From the NCBI GenBank assembly GCA_963708025.1, contig CAVPSB010000019.1, positions 64,001 to 128,000 of the forward strand: a stretch of 64,000 nt of DNA, in the 5' to 3' direction. How positions within the stretch are numbered: position 1 is the stretch's first letter; each line of letters starts with the position of its first letter. The DNA is from an uncultured Candidatus Rokubacteria bacterium (GTDB taxonomy: Bacteria > Methylomirabilota > Methylomirabilia > Rokubacteriales > DASRDR01). Below, in pieces: positions 8,895 to 19,292 of this stretch. Under the pieces are notes generated by a model. The model was not told the origin of the DNA. It made no database searches and was given only the letters and a program-made list of their open reading frames with translations. The position numbers and the translations under genes were made by a program.

Positions 8895-9703
8895 ATGCAG
8901 CTGAGCGGACTCGGGGTCGGGTCGCGGTGGTGACCGGCGCGGCCAGCGGCATCGGGCGCGCCGTCGCCCATCGCCTCGCCAGGGAGGGCGTCCGCCTGGC
9001 GGTGGTCGACGTCTACCGGGCCGGCCTGGAGCCGCTCGGCCGCCAGCTCGACGGCGTGGCCGTGCGCCCGTTCGTCGCGGACCTGACCGACCCCGGCGAG
9101 GTCGCCGACCTCGCCCATCGGGTCACCGGCGAGCTGGGCGCGCCGGACTTCCTCGTCAACGTCGCCGGCGGGCCGGTCGCTCCCAGCCACGACGACCCGC
9201 TGCCCGCGTATCCGGAGCACGCCTGGCCGATCGAGGCGATCGACCCGGCCGGCTGGGGCCGGATCCTGGCCGTGAACCTCACGACGGCGTACCTGGTGTG
9301 CCGCGCGTTCGTGCCGGGGATGAAGGCCCGCCGGTCCGGCCGCATCGTCAACTTCACGTCGATCGCCGCCCGCAAGGGCAGCGAAAGGGTCGGGGTCCAC
9401 TACGCCGCGGCCAAGGGCGGGGTGATCGGCCTGACCAAGACGCTCGCGCTGGAGCTGGGCCCCCACGGCATCACCGTGAACGCGATCGCGCCGGGCTACA
9501 TCAACACGGAGCGCTTCGAGGCCATCGCCTGGGGGCGGAAGGAGCCCGCGCAGGAGCGGGCCCTGCTCGACGCCATCCCGCTCGGGCGCCTGGGCCGTCC
9601 CGACGACGTCGGCGGGGTGGTGGCGGTGCTCTGCTCCGACGCCGGCGGCCACGTCTCGGGGGCCACGATCGACGTCAACGGCGGCCTCTACTTCGGCCCC
9701 TGA
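8895..9703 (+). CDS. Short-chain dehydrogenase/reductase (FabG-like); probable 1-nt slip in a G-run near 8915
   Basis: TGAASGIG, YAAAK, VNAIAPG, IPLGRLG, IDVNGG; ATG at 8895 is one G short of the main frame. Confidence 0.85.
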
Positions 9704-9949
9704 CCCTCCGAAGGCGCTACTAGCGCCGCCGCGGGGCTGGGAGGCGGCGCGGTCGCGCCCGGCGGCGCCCGCCCTTCCCGCTCGCTTGACCCGGTGAGCG
9801 CGGCGAGGATCGCGCGGATCGCCTTGGGGTCCTCGACCGTCGCGATCAACCGCAGCCGCCCGGGGCAACATGACCGTCCATGGGCCGCTGGCCCACCCTA
9901 GAACGGCGTCGCCATCCATTTTCTGAGCAATGCCCAATCTCAGCCATGG

Positions 9950-10124
9950 CCCCCCCGGGGGGGCTGACCTCGCTCGTCCCGGTGGGCCTCTCCATGGCCG
10001 GCCGGAACGCGATGTACTTCACCGCCGGCGGCAGCACCTCGTCCGGAAGGGGGCCGTCCACACCCTGCACGAGGACAACCCCGGGGCGGTCCTGGCCGCG
10101 CTGAAGGACTTCCTCGGATTCTGA
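9950..10124 (+). pseudogene. Internally deleted alpha/beta-hydrolase remnant
   Basis: VGLSMAGRNAMYF (nucleophile-elbow-like) in one frame directly followed by GAVHTLHEDNPGAVLAALKDFL* (catalytic His/C-terminus) in another. Confidence 0.5.
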
Positions 10125-11002
10125 CCGGCCGGAAGGACTCCGGCTGGCCCCCGCACCGGCGGCAGACCGCCGCCGGACACGTCGGCCGCGGCGTCCCGCG
10201 CCTCCGCGCCCGACCGATCCTCCACGACGCTCGGCAGGCAGCCGACCGTCACCTGCTGTCTCCCCGGGAGACAGGGCGTCTTCTCTCTGTCATCGGGGCG
10301 TCGTTCTGGCTCGTCCCGGAGTTTGTCAATTTCTTGTGAACTGGTCGACGGACGCGACGTGGAACGCCGCCGAAGTCAGGGAAGGATCCAGGGGGCGCCC
10401 TCTCGCGGAAATCTGGCGCCCGCCGATCTTTTTCACGAGCTCCCCCTCGTCGACGTGAGTGCGCGTCGCCCGGTGGGACGCAGTGGCATTCCGTCGAGAT
10501 CCACGAGCCGCGACGGGCCCGCGCGTCACCGGCACGAGCGTTGCACGGCGCAGGCCGACGCGAGCCGACGACTCGGTGGAGGGCTTCATTTCGACCGCGA
10601 TCCTCTCTTCCCTCCCGAGGCGAGCTCGGCGGGTCCGTACCCGGCCGCCGATCAGCCCCGAGGCGACGGCGTTTGCGAAGGCGGGCGAGCCCTGGTACGC
10701 CGGCATCACGGCCGGGACCTAGGTCGGCGCCGCCCGGCGCGAGCCGGGCACGGTCACCCTGGAGGGTCATTGTCAGATGATCCACCGCACCCCCACCGCG
10801 CACGTCCACGAACGCGCTGGGCACCCCAGGCCAGCCGCCGAGCCAGTCCCGGAGTGTCTCGTTTTGAACAGCCAGGTGGCGACGCGGTTGCTATCTTGGC
10901 GCCGCCTGCACCTAGGCCTTTCGGGTCGGCGCTCGCCGACGGCGGCTTGCCGCCCAACCATCACAGACCCCGGCTTGCGGGCTACGAACTAGGAGGTTCG
11001 CA

Positions 11003-11758
11003 ATGAAGATCGTCGTGATCGGCGGCACCGGCCTGATCGGCTCGAAGACCGTCGCCATTCTGCGCCAAGGCGGCCACGAGGTCGTCGCCGCCTCACCCGA
11101 TACCGGAGTCAACAGCATCACCGGCGAGGGCCTCAAAGAGGCCATGGCCGGCACGCAAGTGGTGATCGACCTGGCCAACTCGCCCTCATGGGAAGACGAG
11201 GCGGTGCTGGAATTCTTCGAGATCTCCGGCCGCAACCTTTCCGCGGCGGAGGCCGCAGCGGGCGTCCGGCACCATGTCGCGGTCTCCATCGTCGGAACGG
11301 ACCGGATGCCCGACAACGGCTATTTCCGCGCCAAGGTCGCCCAGGAGAAACTGATCGAGAAATCCAGCATCCCCTACACCATCATCCGCTCGACCCAGTT
11401 CATGGAATTCCTCGGCGGCATCGCCGCTTCAGGTACGGATGGAAACATGGTCAGGCTTTCGCCCGGCCTGTTCCAGCCCATCGCGTCGGATGACGTGGCT
11501 GCGCTCGTCGCCGATGTGGCGCTCGCGGCGCCACGAGGCGGCATCGTCGAGATCGCCGGCCCGGAACGCGCACCGCTCAGCGAAATCATCGCCCGCTATC
11601 TGAAGGCGCTCGGCGACCCGCGTACGGTCGTGAGCGACCCCGAGGCTCGATACTTCGGGGGCCGCGTCGAGGAGCGCTCGCTCGTGCCGCTGGGCGAAGC
11701 GCGCCTCGGCCGCATCGGTCTCGACGAATGGATCCGCCGCTCCCAGACAAAAGCCTGA
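11003..11758 (+). CDS. NAD(P)-binding atypical SDR / NmrA-like protein
   Basis: MKIVVIGGTGLIGS Rossmann motif, GYFRAKVAQE, RSTQFMEF; AGGAGG RBS. Confidence 0.88.
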   Translation: MKIVVIGGTGLIGSKTVAILRQGGHEVVAASPDTGVNSITGEGLKEAMAGTQVVIDLANSPSWEDEAVLEFFEISGRNLSAAEAAAGVRHHVAVSIVGTDRMPDNGYFRAKVAQEKLIEKSSIPYTIIRSTQFMEFLGGIAASGTDGNMVRLSPGLFQPIASDDVAALVADVALAAPRGGIVEIAGPERAPLSEIIARYLKALGDPRTVVSDPEARYFGGRVEERSLVPLGEARLGRIGLDEWIRRSQTKA

Positions 11759-11785
11759 TCCTGCGGACGAACGAAGGAGGCGACC

Positions 11786-12175
11786 ATGACGACCACACTC
11801 GTTGCGTTGGTTCTGCTATGCCTCATGACCGGCACGGCGATGGCTCAGCCGCCCACGGTCACGTCGCTCATGTCGAAAGATCTTCCGGAGAGTCCCGGCA
11901 GGGAAGTTCTGATGATCACGGTAGAGCATGCGCCCGGCGGGTCGAACCCTAGCCACCGACACAATGCCCATGCGGTTGTTTACGTCCTGGAGGGCTCCGT
12001 TGTGATGCAGGTGAAGGGTGGAAAAGAGGTCACGCTGACACCAGGACAGACCTTCTATGAAGGCCCCAACGATGTCCATGTCGTTGACCGGAACGCAAGC
12101 AGTACCAGGCCGGCGAAATTCCTGGTGGTCATCATCAAGGACAAGGGCGCTCCGGTGCTCCTGCCAGTAGAGTGA
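11786..12175 (+). CDS. Secreted cupin domain protein
   Basis: Signal peptide; PGGSNPSHRHNAHAVVYVLEG and GQTFYEGPNDVH cupin motifs. Confidence 0.88.
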   Translation: MTTTLVALVLLCLMTGTAMAQPPTVTSLMSKDLPESPGREVLMITVEHAPGGSNPSHRHNAHAVVYVLEGSVVMQVKGGKEVTLTPGQTFYEGPNDVHVVDRNASSTRPAKFLVVIIKDKGAPVLLPVE

Positions 12176-12217
12176 ATGTCGAGCCTGGGCCTCCTTCCGT
12201 CGTGAGGGTCCTTCTGG

Positions 12218-12420
12218 CTACGCTAGCTCCTCCAGCAACGCCTTGGCCTCCTGGAGATCGGCGGTGTCAAAGCTCGGTAAACCACGCATAGAACACATGG
12301 CGGGCCCGCGGCGGCCGTCCCCGCTGTAGAGGAGCTCGGCAGCCACCAGCTGTCCCAGCCCCGCCTGCAAGGTGTCTTCGTCTTGCGGGGCGATACCCTG
12401 GACCAGGTCGTAGGTCACTC
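12218..12420 (-). pseudogene. Remnant of an adenylate cyclase/ATPase/TPR family gene
   Basis: LQAGLGQLVAAELLY/QRGRPPRARHVF fused straight to the family C-terminus YAWFTE.FDTADLQEAKALLEEL*, across frameshifts. Confidence 0.7.
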
Positions 12421-12707
12421 TTGTCGAAATTAAATTCAGGACAGCAGGAGCCGGCAACCTCATCTCGCCCCGGGTCCGATCTTGTCCAATACTCCAGCAA
12501 ATCGCGCGGTGCCCCCGCCGGTTCCCGACCAACTTGGACAGCAGTGGTCGTAGGTGAACTCCCGCCCCAGGACCGCTCCGAGCTGCGCGACCTCTTTGGC
12601 GGCCGGGAGCTGATCCAGGCGGCGCTCCTTCCCCTCCCGGTGGCGCCCGTATTGTAGATCGAGAGCCGCGACAACGGCCGCGCGCGAGGCCGGCCCGGGT
12701 TGCCGTG

Positions 12708-12716
12708 TGGTATGAT
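12708..12716 (+). promoter_or_regulatory. Extended -10 promoter element
   Basis: TGGTATGAT about 30 nt upstream of ATG 12747. Confidence 0.45.
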
Positions 12717-12746
12717 CCCGCCCGCGAGAGGAGGTCGTCCATCGTG

Positions 12747-13535
12747 ATGACGGAGGCGTCGGCCGGCCGGGAGCGCGCGCTCATCGTCCGCGGCCGCAAG
12801 GTCCAGCTCTTCGAGGGGGGGGCGGGCCGCCCGCTTCTCTACCTGCACGGCGCCGGCACCTACGGGTGGATGCCCGTCCACGATCGGCTGGCCCGGAGCC
12901 GCCGGGTCCTGCTGCCCGTGCATCCCGGCTTCGGCGCCTCCGAGGGGTTCGAGGCGATCGAGTCGATGGAGGACCTCGTCTTCCACACGGCGGACGTCCT
13001 CGACGCCCTCGGCCTCCAGCGCGCCGACGTGGTGGGGCTGTCGCTGGGCGGCTGGCTGGCCGCCGAGCTGGCCCTGCGCCATCCCGCCCGCGTGGGCCGT
13101 CTCGTGCTGGTGGACGCCCCGGGCGTCCGGGTGCCCGGGGTGCCCATGGCGGACGTCTTCATGGCCTCGCCCCCGAAGGCCCGGGCGCTCCTCTTCCACG
13201 ATCCCGCATCGAGCGTCGCCACCGCGCTCCTCCCCGACGCGCCGCCGCCCGAGCGCCTGGAGGCGGTCCTGCGCGGGCGCGAGGCGGCCGCCCGGCTCCT
13301 GTGGAACCCGGCGCACCAGCACCGCAAGCTGACGGAGCGGCTCTGGCGGATCCCGGCGCCGACGCTGGTCGTGTGGGGGGCCGACGATCGGCTGATCCCG
13401 CCCGCCTACGGCGAGGCCTGGGCGCGCGGCATTCCCGGCGCCCGGCTGGTCACGATCGAGCGCAGCGGGCACCTCCCGCCGCTCGAGCAGCCGGAGCGCT
13501 TCGCCGAGGTCGTGCTCGGCTTCCTGGACGAGTAG
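12747..13535 (+). CDS. Alpha/beta-fold hydrolase
   Basis: LYLHGAG, VGLSLGG, WGADD, SGHLPPLEQPERF. Confidence 0.9.
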   Translation: MTEASAGRERALIVRGRKVQLFEGGAGRPLLYLHGAGTYGWMPVHDRLARSRRVLLPVHPGFGASEGFEAIESMEDLVFHTADVLDALGLQRADVVGLSLGGWLAAELALRHPARVGRLVLVDAPGVRVPGVPMADVFMASPPKARALLFHDPASSVATALLPDAPPPERLEAVLRGREAAARLLWNPAHQHRKLTERLWRIPAPTLVVWGADDRLIPPAYGEAWARGIPGARLVTIERSGHLPPLEQPERFAEVVLGFLDE

Positions 13536-13546
13536 CGCGGGCGCCC

Positions 13547-14695
13547 ATGTTCTTCGTCTGCTTCCACTTCATGCCGTGGCCGCACCTGCCGCCGGACTTC
13601 GAGCAGCGATACGAGTCGGCCTGGCTCACCTGCCCCAACAGCCTCTACGACCCGGTCCGTGGCCACGCGCTGTACGGCGAGTACCTGGACCAGCTGGCGG
13701 CGGCCGAGGAGCTGGGCTTCGATGCCATCGGGGTCAACGAGCACCACCAGAACGCCTACGGGCTCATGCCCTCGCCGAACGTCATCGCGGCGTGCCTGAG
13801 CCAGCGCACCCGCCGGGTCAAGATCCTCATCCTCGGCAACGCGCTCCCGCTCTACGACCACCCGCTGCGGGTGGCCGAGGAGCTGGCCATGCTCGACGTG
13901 ATCAGCGGCGGCCGCCTGATCGCCGGCATGGTCGTGGGCCTGGGGGTGGAGGCCTACACCTACGAGGTCAACCCCACGTTCTTCCGGGAGCGGTACCGCG
14001 AGGCCCACGACCTGATCGTGGAGGCGTGGACGCGCCCCGGCCCCTTCCACTTCGAGGGCAAGCACTACGACTTCCGGTTCGTCAACGTCTGGCCGCGGCC
14101 GCTGCAGCAGCCGCACCCGCCCATCTGGATCCCCGGCTCGGGCAGCGTGGAGACGATCCGCTGGGTGGCCGAGCGGCGCTACCCGTTCATCGCCCTCCCG
14201 TTCTCGCCGTACCAGGTGATGAAGGAGCACTACGAGCTGCTGCGGGAGTACGCGGCGAAGGAGCTCCGCTACGAGGTGCCGGCCGCCCAGCTCGGCTGGC
14301 CGGTCATCGTCTACGTCGCCGAGACCGACGAGCAGGCGCGCCGCGAGTTCGAGCCCCACTTCTGGTACCTGGCCAAGAAGGCGCTCCGCATGCCGCGCGA
14401 GTTCATGTACCCGCCCGGGCACACCTCGGTGGAGTCGCTCATGCGGGTGGCGGGGCCGAAGCGGAAGTTCGTCACCGCGCTGACCTCCTGGAGCGAGGTG
14501 GAGGAGGGGCTGTACGCGGTGGTGGGCAGTCCGGCCACCGTCGTCGAGCGGATGCGCGGCGTCTTGAAGGAGACCGGCTGCGGGATCGTCCAGGGCATCT
14601 TCCAGGTGGGGAGCATGCCCCACGAGCTGGCGCTGAAGAACATGACGCTCTTCGCCCGCGAGGTGATGCCGAAGCTCCGCGCCGAGTTCGGATGA
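13547..14695 (+). CDS. Luciferase-like (LLM) flavin-dependent oxidoreductase
   Basis: AEELGFDAIGVNEHH, PLRVAEELAMLDVISGGRL, PRPLQQPHPPIW. Confidence 0.9.
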   Translation: MFFVCFHFMPWPHLPPDFEQRYESAWLTCPNSLYDPVRGHALYGEYLDQLAAAEELGFDAIGVNEHHQNAYGLMPSPNVIAACLSQRTRRVKILILGNALPLYDHPLRVAEELAMLDVISGGRLIAGMVVGLGVEAYTYEVNPTFFRERYREAHDLIVEAWTRPGPFHFEGKHYDFRFVNVWPRPLQQPHPPIWIPGSGSVETIRWVAERRYPFIALPFSPYQVMKEHYELLREYAAKELRYEVPAAQLGWPVIVYVAETDEQARREFEPHFWYLAKKALRMPREFMYPPGHTSVESLMRVAGPKRKFVTALTSWSEVEEGLYAVVGSPATVVERMRGVLKETGCGIVQGIFQVGSMPHELALKNMTLFAREVMPKLRAEFG

Positions 14696-14735
14696 GGCTC
14701 CGCACAGTGGAGCTTTGCGACGTGGGATCTGCCTG

Positions 14736-15059
14736 ATGGAGGGCCGTGCAAGCCTGCCCGGGGAGGTCCTCGAGGTGGCGCGCGAGGTGGCAGCGATCGT
14801 CCGGCGTGCCGTCCGCGATCCGCGCTACCGGGTGTTGCTGTTCGGCTCATGGATTGACGGGCGCGCCGGGGAGCGGTCGGACATCGACATCGGCGTCCTC
14901 GGCCCGGCGGAGGTCGATCCCGCCTCCATGAGCGAGATCCGAGAGGCCTGTGAAGCGCTTCCGACGCTCCGCACCATCGACGTCGTGGATCTGGCCACTG
15001 CGGGAAGCGAGCTGCGCCGGGCAGCGGTCTCCGAGGGCCTCGAGGTGACGCCGAGGTGA
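14736..15059 (+). CDS. mntA: Minimal nucleotidyltransferase (MNT antitoxin)
   Basis: LFGSWIDGRAGERSDID matches GSX10DXD; IDVVDL. Confidence 0.85.
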   Translation: MEGRASLPGEVLEVAREVAAIVRRAVRDPRYRVLLFGSWIDGRAGERSDIDIGVLGPAEVDPASMSEIREACEALPTLRTIDVVDLATAGSELRRAAVSEGLEVTPR

Positions 15060-15484
15060 GCTCGAAGGAGCCGTCGCGGACCGCGCTCCTGGCCCGGGCG
15101 CTCGGTCGGCTCGAGGACGGTCTCGCCCGGCCCGAGGACGCGATCGTCCGGGACGCGTGCATCCAGCGGTTCGAGTTCACGTTCGAGATGGCCTGGCGGG
15201 CCATCCAGTCGCGGGCGCGCGCGGAGGGTGTCGAGTGCGTCTCGCCGCGCGACTGCTTCCGCACGGCGTTCCGACTGGGGCTCCTCGGCAACGACCCCCG
15301 GTGGCTTGCCATGGTCGAAGACCGAAACAGGACGACTCACGTCTACGACGACGAGACCGCGCAGAAGGTGTACCGGGCTCTCGGGGGTTACGCGGAGCTC
15401 CTGAAGGGACTGCTCACCAGGCTCCAGGGCCTCGAGCGGCGGGCTGCCGACGAGAGCGCCGGAGGCGGCCTCGCCGATGGCTGA
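15056..15484 (+). CDS. hepT: HEPN ribonuclease toxin (HI0074 family)
   Basis: RDACIQRFEFTFEMAW, SPRDCFR, RNRTTHVY matches RX4HXY; GTGA overlap with the MNT gene. Confidence 0.85.
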   Translation: MSSKEPSRTALLARALGRLEDGLARPEDAIVRDACIQRFEFTFEMAWRAIQSRARAEGVECVSPRDCFRTAFRLGLLGNDPRWLAMVEDRNRTTHVYDDETAQKVYRALGGYAELLKGLLTRLQGLERRAADESAGGGLADG

Positions 15485-15644
15485 GGAGCGAGCTCGCCGC
15501 AGGGAGCTGGATTGGCTGAACTCGCAGGTCCCGCCGGACGTTCGGGACCTGGAGGACCGTCACCGGGACGGCTATGTTCGCGCCCCCGTCGAGCCCGGAG
15601 AGTTCGACGTCTGGGAATCAGAGCAGTCCTGGGGCGATGAATGA
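15477..15644 (+). CDS. 55-aa protein resembling the C-terminal half of RHH-type antitoxins that partner MazF/PemK
   Basis: Not in ORF track. MAEERARRRELDWLNSQVPPDVRDLEDRHRDGYVRAPVEPGEFDVWESEQSWGDE*; GGAGG RBS; overlaps the HEPN stop. Confidence 0.55.
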   Translation: MAEERARRRELDWLNSQVPPDVRDLEDRHRDGYVRAPVEPGEFDVWESEQSWGDE

Positions 15645-15721
15645 GGCGCGGCGAAATCCGCTGGCAATTGGTGCGGACCATCCTGCTGGGTGAACGTTCA
15701 CTCTCGACGGGCTTCAAATGA
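15641..15721 (+). pseudogene. Truncated MazF/PemK toxin stub
   Basis: MRRGEIRW is a typical PemK N-terminus; unrelated residues follow and a stop after 26 aa; ATGA overlaps at both ends. Confidence 0.5.
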
Positions 15722-18700
15722 AGTGTGCTCGCTGCCAGGCGGAGAACGACGAGGGCGCACGGTTCTGTGAGGACTGCGGTGCCCGGCTGGAACTCGTTTG
15801 TCCCCGGTGTGGTGAGGTCGTCGGAGCGGGCAAGAGGTTCTGCCGATCGTGCGGGGCCGCGTTGGCCCCCGAGCCGCCCAGCCTTTCCTCGCCCCAGGCG
15901 TATACGCCGAGGCACCTCGCCGAGAAGATCCTCACCTCGCGGAGCTCGATCGAGGGCGAGCGCAAGCCGGTCACCGTCCTGTTCTGCGATCTGGCCAACT
16001 CCACGGCGCTCGCTGGCCGCCTGGGGCCGGACGCGATGCACGGTCTCCTCAACCGCTTCTTCGAGCTGGCCCTCGGCGAGATCCACCGCTACGAGGGGAC
16101 CATCAACCAGTTCCTCGGCGACGGGTTCATGGCGCTCTTCGGCGCCCCCCTCGCCCACGAGGACCACGCCCGCCGGGCGGTCCTGGCCGCGCTGGGGCTC
16201 TCCCGGGCGATTCGCGAGCAGCGCTCGCTCCTCGGGGCGCCGGCGGATGCGGAGCTGACGGTGCGGCTCGGGCTGAACACGGGGTTCGTCGTGGTCGGCC
16301 GCATTGGGGACAACCTGCGGATGGACTACACCGCGGTCGGCGACACCACTCACCTGGCCGCGCGCATGCAGCAACTCGGAGAGCCGGGCGACATCCTCGT
16401 CACCGAGGCGACCGCCCGCCTCGTCACCGGCTATGTCCGGCTCGAGGTGCTGGAGCCGGTGGCGGTCAAGGGCCGGACCGAGCCGCTGACGCCCTACAAG
16501 GTGGTCGCGCTCGGCCGGCGGCGGTCGCCGTTGGAGGGGCTGGAGGAGCGGGCGCTCAGCCGCTTCGTCGGCCGGGAGCGCGAGGTCGCCACGCTGCAGG
16601 AGCTGCTGGCCGAGGTCGAGGCGGGGCGGGGCCAGGTCGTCGGGATCGTCGGGGAGCCGGGCGTCGGCAAGTCACGGCTCCTCATCGAGTTCCGCCGGAG
16701 CCTCGCCGGCCGGCGCGTCACCTACCTGGAGGGCCGCTGCCTCTCCTTCGGCAACACGATTCCGTACCTGCCGGTGCTCGACATCGTGCGAAGCAACTAC
16801 GGCATCGTCGAGATGGACGATCCGGCCGCCACCGCCGAGAAGCTCCGCCTCGGACTCGGCGAGGTCGGCCTCGAGCCAGAGGCGGGGCTGCCTTATCTTC
16901 TTCGCCTCTTCGGCCTCGCGGACGGCACCGACCAGCTAGCGATGCTGAGCCCGGAGGCCATCAAGGCGCGAACGTTCGAGACCCTCTGCCAGCTGAGCCT
17001 CAAGGGAAGCCAGCGCCGGCCCTTGATCTTCGCCGTCGAGGACCTCCACTGGATCGACCAGACCTCCCAGGACTACTTCGCCGCGCTCGTCGAGGCGCTG
17101 GCGGGGGCGCCGATCCTCATGGTGGGCACGTACCGGCCTGGCTACCGCCCGCCGTGGATGGACAAGTCGTACACGACGCAGCTGTCCCTCCACCGGCTCA
17201 CCGCCCGGGACAGTCTCAGCGTCGTGCGCTCGGTGCTGCCGGAAGAACGGCTCCCCGACCCCCTGGCCCAGGTGATCCTCGATAAGGCGGAAGGGAATCC
17301 CTTCTTCCTCGAGGAGCTGACGCGGGCGGTGGCCGAGCATCCGAGCCCACCGGGGGAACTGACCGTCCCGGACACCATCCACGGCGTGCTCATGGCGCGG
17401 ATCGACCGGCTGGCCGAGGAGCCCAAGCGCGTCCTCCAGACGGCCTCGGTCTTCGGTCGCGAGTTCTCCCTGCGCCTCCTAGCCGCGATCTGGGAGGGAC
17501 CTGGCGCCTTGGAGCCGTACCTGCTGGAGCTCCGGCGGCTGGAGTTTCTCCACGAGCGCCTGGGCGCCAGCGAGCCAACCTACGCCTTCAAGCACGCGCT
17601 CACCCAGGACGTGGCCTACGACAGCCTCCTGCTCTCGCGCCGGCAGGCGCTCCACGCGGCGGCCGGCCGGGCGATCGAGAGCCTCTACGCCGAGCGCCTC
17701 GACGACGTGGCGGAGCGGCTCGCGCACCACTACGGGCGGACCGAGGCGGCCGACAAGGCTGTCGAGTACCTGATCCGGTCGGCGGACAAGGCCGCGCTGG
17801 TCTACGCGAACGCCGACGCGGTGAAGGCACTCGAGGAGGCCCTGCGCCACGTTGACCGTCTTCCCCCGTCGGCCCAGGACCGACCCCTCATCGCAATCGT
17901 GCTCAGGCTCGCGCACTCCTTCTACTTCGTGGGCCGTATCCGGGACACCCTGGATCTCTTGCTGCGGCATCAGGCACGGCTCGAGAGTCTCCAGGACCCT
18001 GCGCTCGCCGGCCCGTACCACTTCTGGCTCAGCCATACCTACAGCTATCTTTCGGAATACGAGCGTGCGTCCGAGCTCGCCCGACAGGCGCTGGAAGAGG
18101 CCACCCGCTGTGGGGATGAGGCCACTTCGGGCAAGGCGCATTACATGGTGGCCCGGATCGGGTTGGGCGCGGGTCACTTCCGCCAGGGCGTCGAGCACGG
18201 TTCGACGCGCAATCCCGCTCCTCGAGCGGGCCGAGGACTGGCTCTGGCTCGGTCAGGCCCATTGGGCGGTGGGAGTCAATCATCAGCTCCTGGGCGAGTT
18301 CGATGCTGCGCTCGAAGCGTACGGGCGAGCGCATGCGATCGGAGAAGCCCGCGGAGACCCTCGGGTCCAGACGTATGCGGAATGGGCCAGCGGATGGGCC
18401 TACGCGACCCGCGGAGACTGCGATACGGCGATCGAGATCTGTCGCCGGAGCGAGGAGCGCTCGCGGGACGCCTACAACACGGCGGCGGCGACCGGCTGGC
18501 TGGGCTACGCCTATCTGGAGAAGGGCGACGCTCAGGAAGCCCTGCGCCGGCTCGAGTGGGCGACCCAGCAGATCCGCCAGTTCGGGTACACGGCCATCGT
18601 CACCTGGTTCCATGGGTGGTGGGGGGAGGCGTTGCGTCTGGCCGGTGACCCGGACAAGGCGCGCGAGGTCGCCATGGAAGGCGTGGAGCAGGCCTCCCAG

Positions 18701-19030
18701 GGTCGGGTCCTGTACGGTGCCGGCTTCAACCGGAGGGTCCTGGGCCGCCTGGCCCAGGACGCCGGCGACCATCCCGGGGCCGAGGAGCACCTGCGTGAAG
18801 CGCTGGACGCTTTCACGGCGGTCGAGTCGCGGTTCGAGGTCGGACGCAGCCATCTCGACCTGGCCGCGCTCGCTCAGGCTCGCGGGTACGGGGACGAGGT
18901 TCGCCGGCACGTCCACCAAGCCCGCGCGATCTTCGTCGCCTTGCGAGTGCCCGTATACGTGGAGCGCACCGAGCGTCTCGCCGCTCAACTGGGACTCGTC
19001 CTCGGCTCGGGGGGTGCTCCGTCAGCCTGA
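15718..19030 (+). CDS. Double zinc ribbon + class III nucleotide cyclase + STAND/AAA ATPase + TPR protein; frameshift near 18200
   Basis: Four CxxC pairs; VTVLFCDL, FLGDGFMALFG, GDTTHLAAR; Walker A GEPGVGKS, Walker B AVEDLH, GNPFFLEE, FKHALTQDVAY; TPR tail continues in ORF 17852..19030. Confidence 0.9.
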
Positions 19031-19246
19031 GCCCCGTCGTCCTTCGTTCAGATTTTGCTAGCCCCCTCCGAGGGGACATCCTAGGGACTGCAGAGGTATC
19101 CGCGAGGGGTGGGCTCAGAATGCTGCAACCCCCTTAGAACTTACTGTTCTAAGGACTGGAGCTGCCAGAAAACAAAAGGCTCTAGGCTGGTCACGCCGCG
19201 ACGCACGAGATCGTTAACGCCCTTGGCACGAGAGCAGATGTGTGCC

Positions 19247-19280
19247 TTCGACTGCCAGGGGTTCAGGTCGATGGCCCCGA
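19247..19280. repeat. 34-nt exact direct duplicate of 19744-19777
   Basis: ttcgactgccaggggttcaggtcgatggccccga occurs at both positions. Confidence 0.9.
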
Positions 19281-19292
19281 CCAAATGTGGGT

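Noticed and set aside
10250..10990. Overlapping ORFs upstream of the NmrA-like gene
   Set aside because: No recognisable motif or consistent frame; probably degenerate DNA
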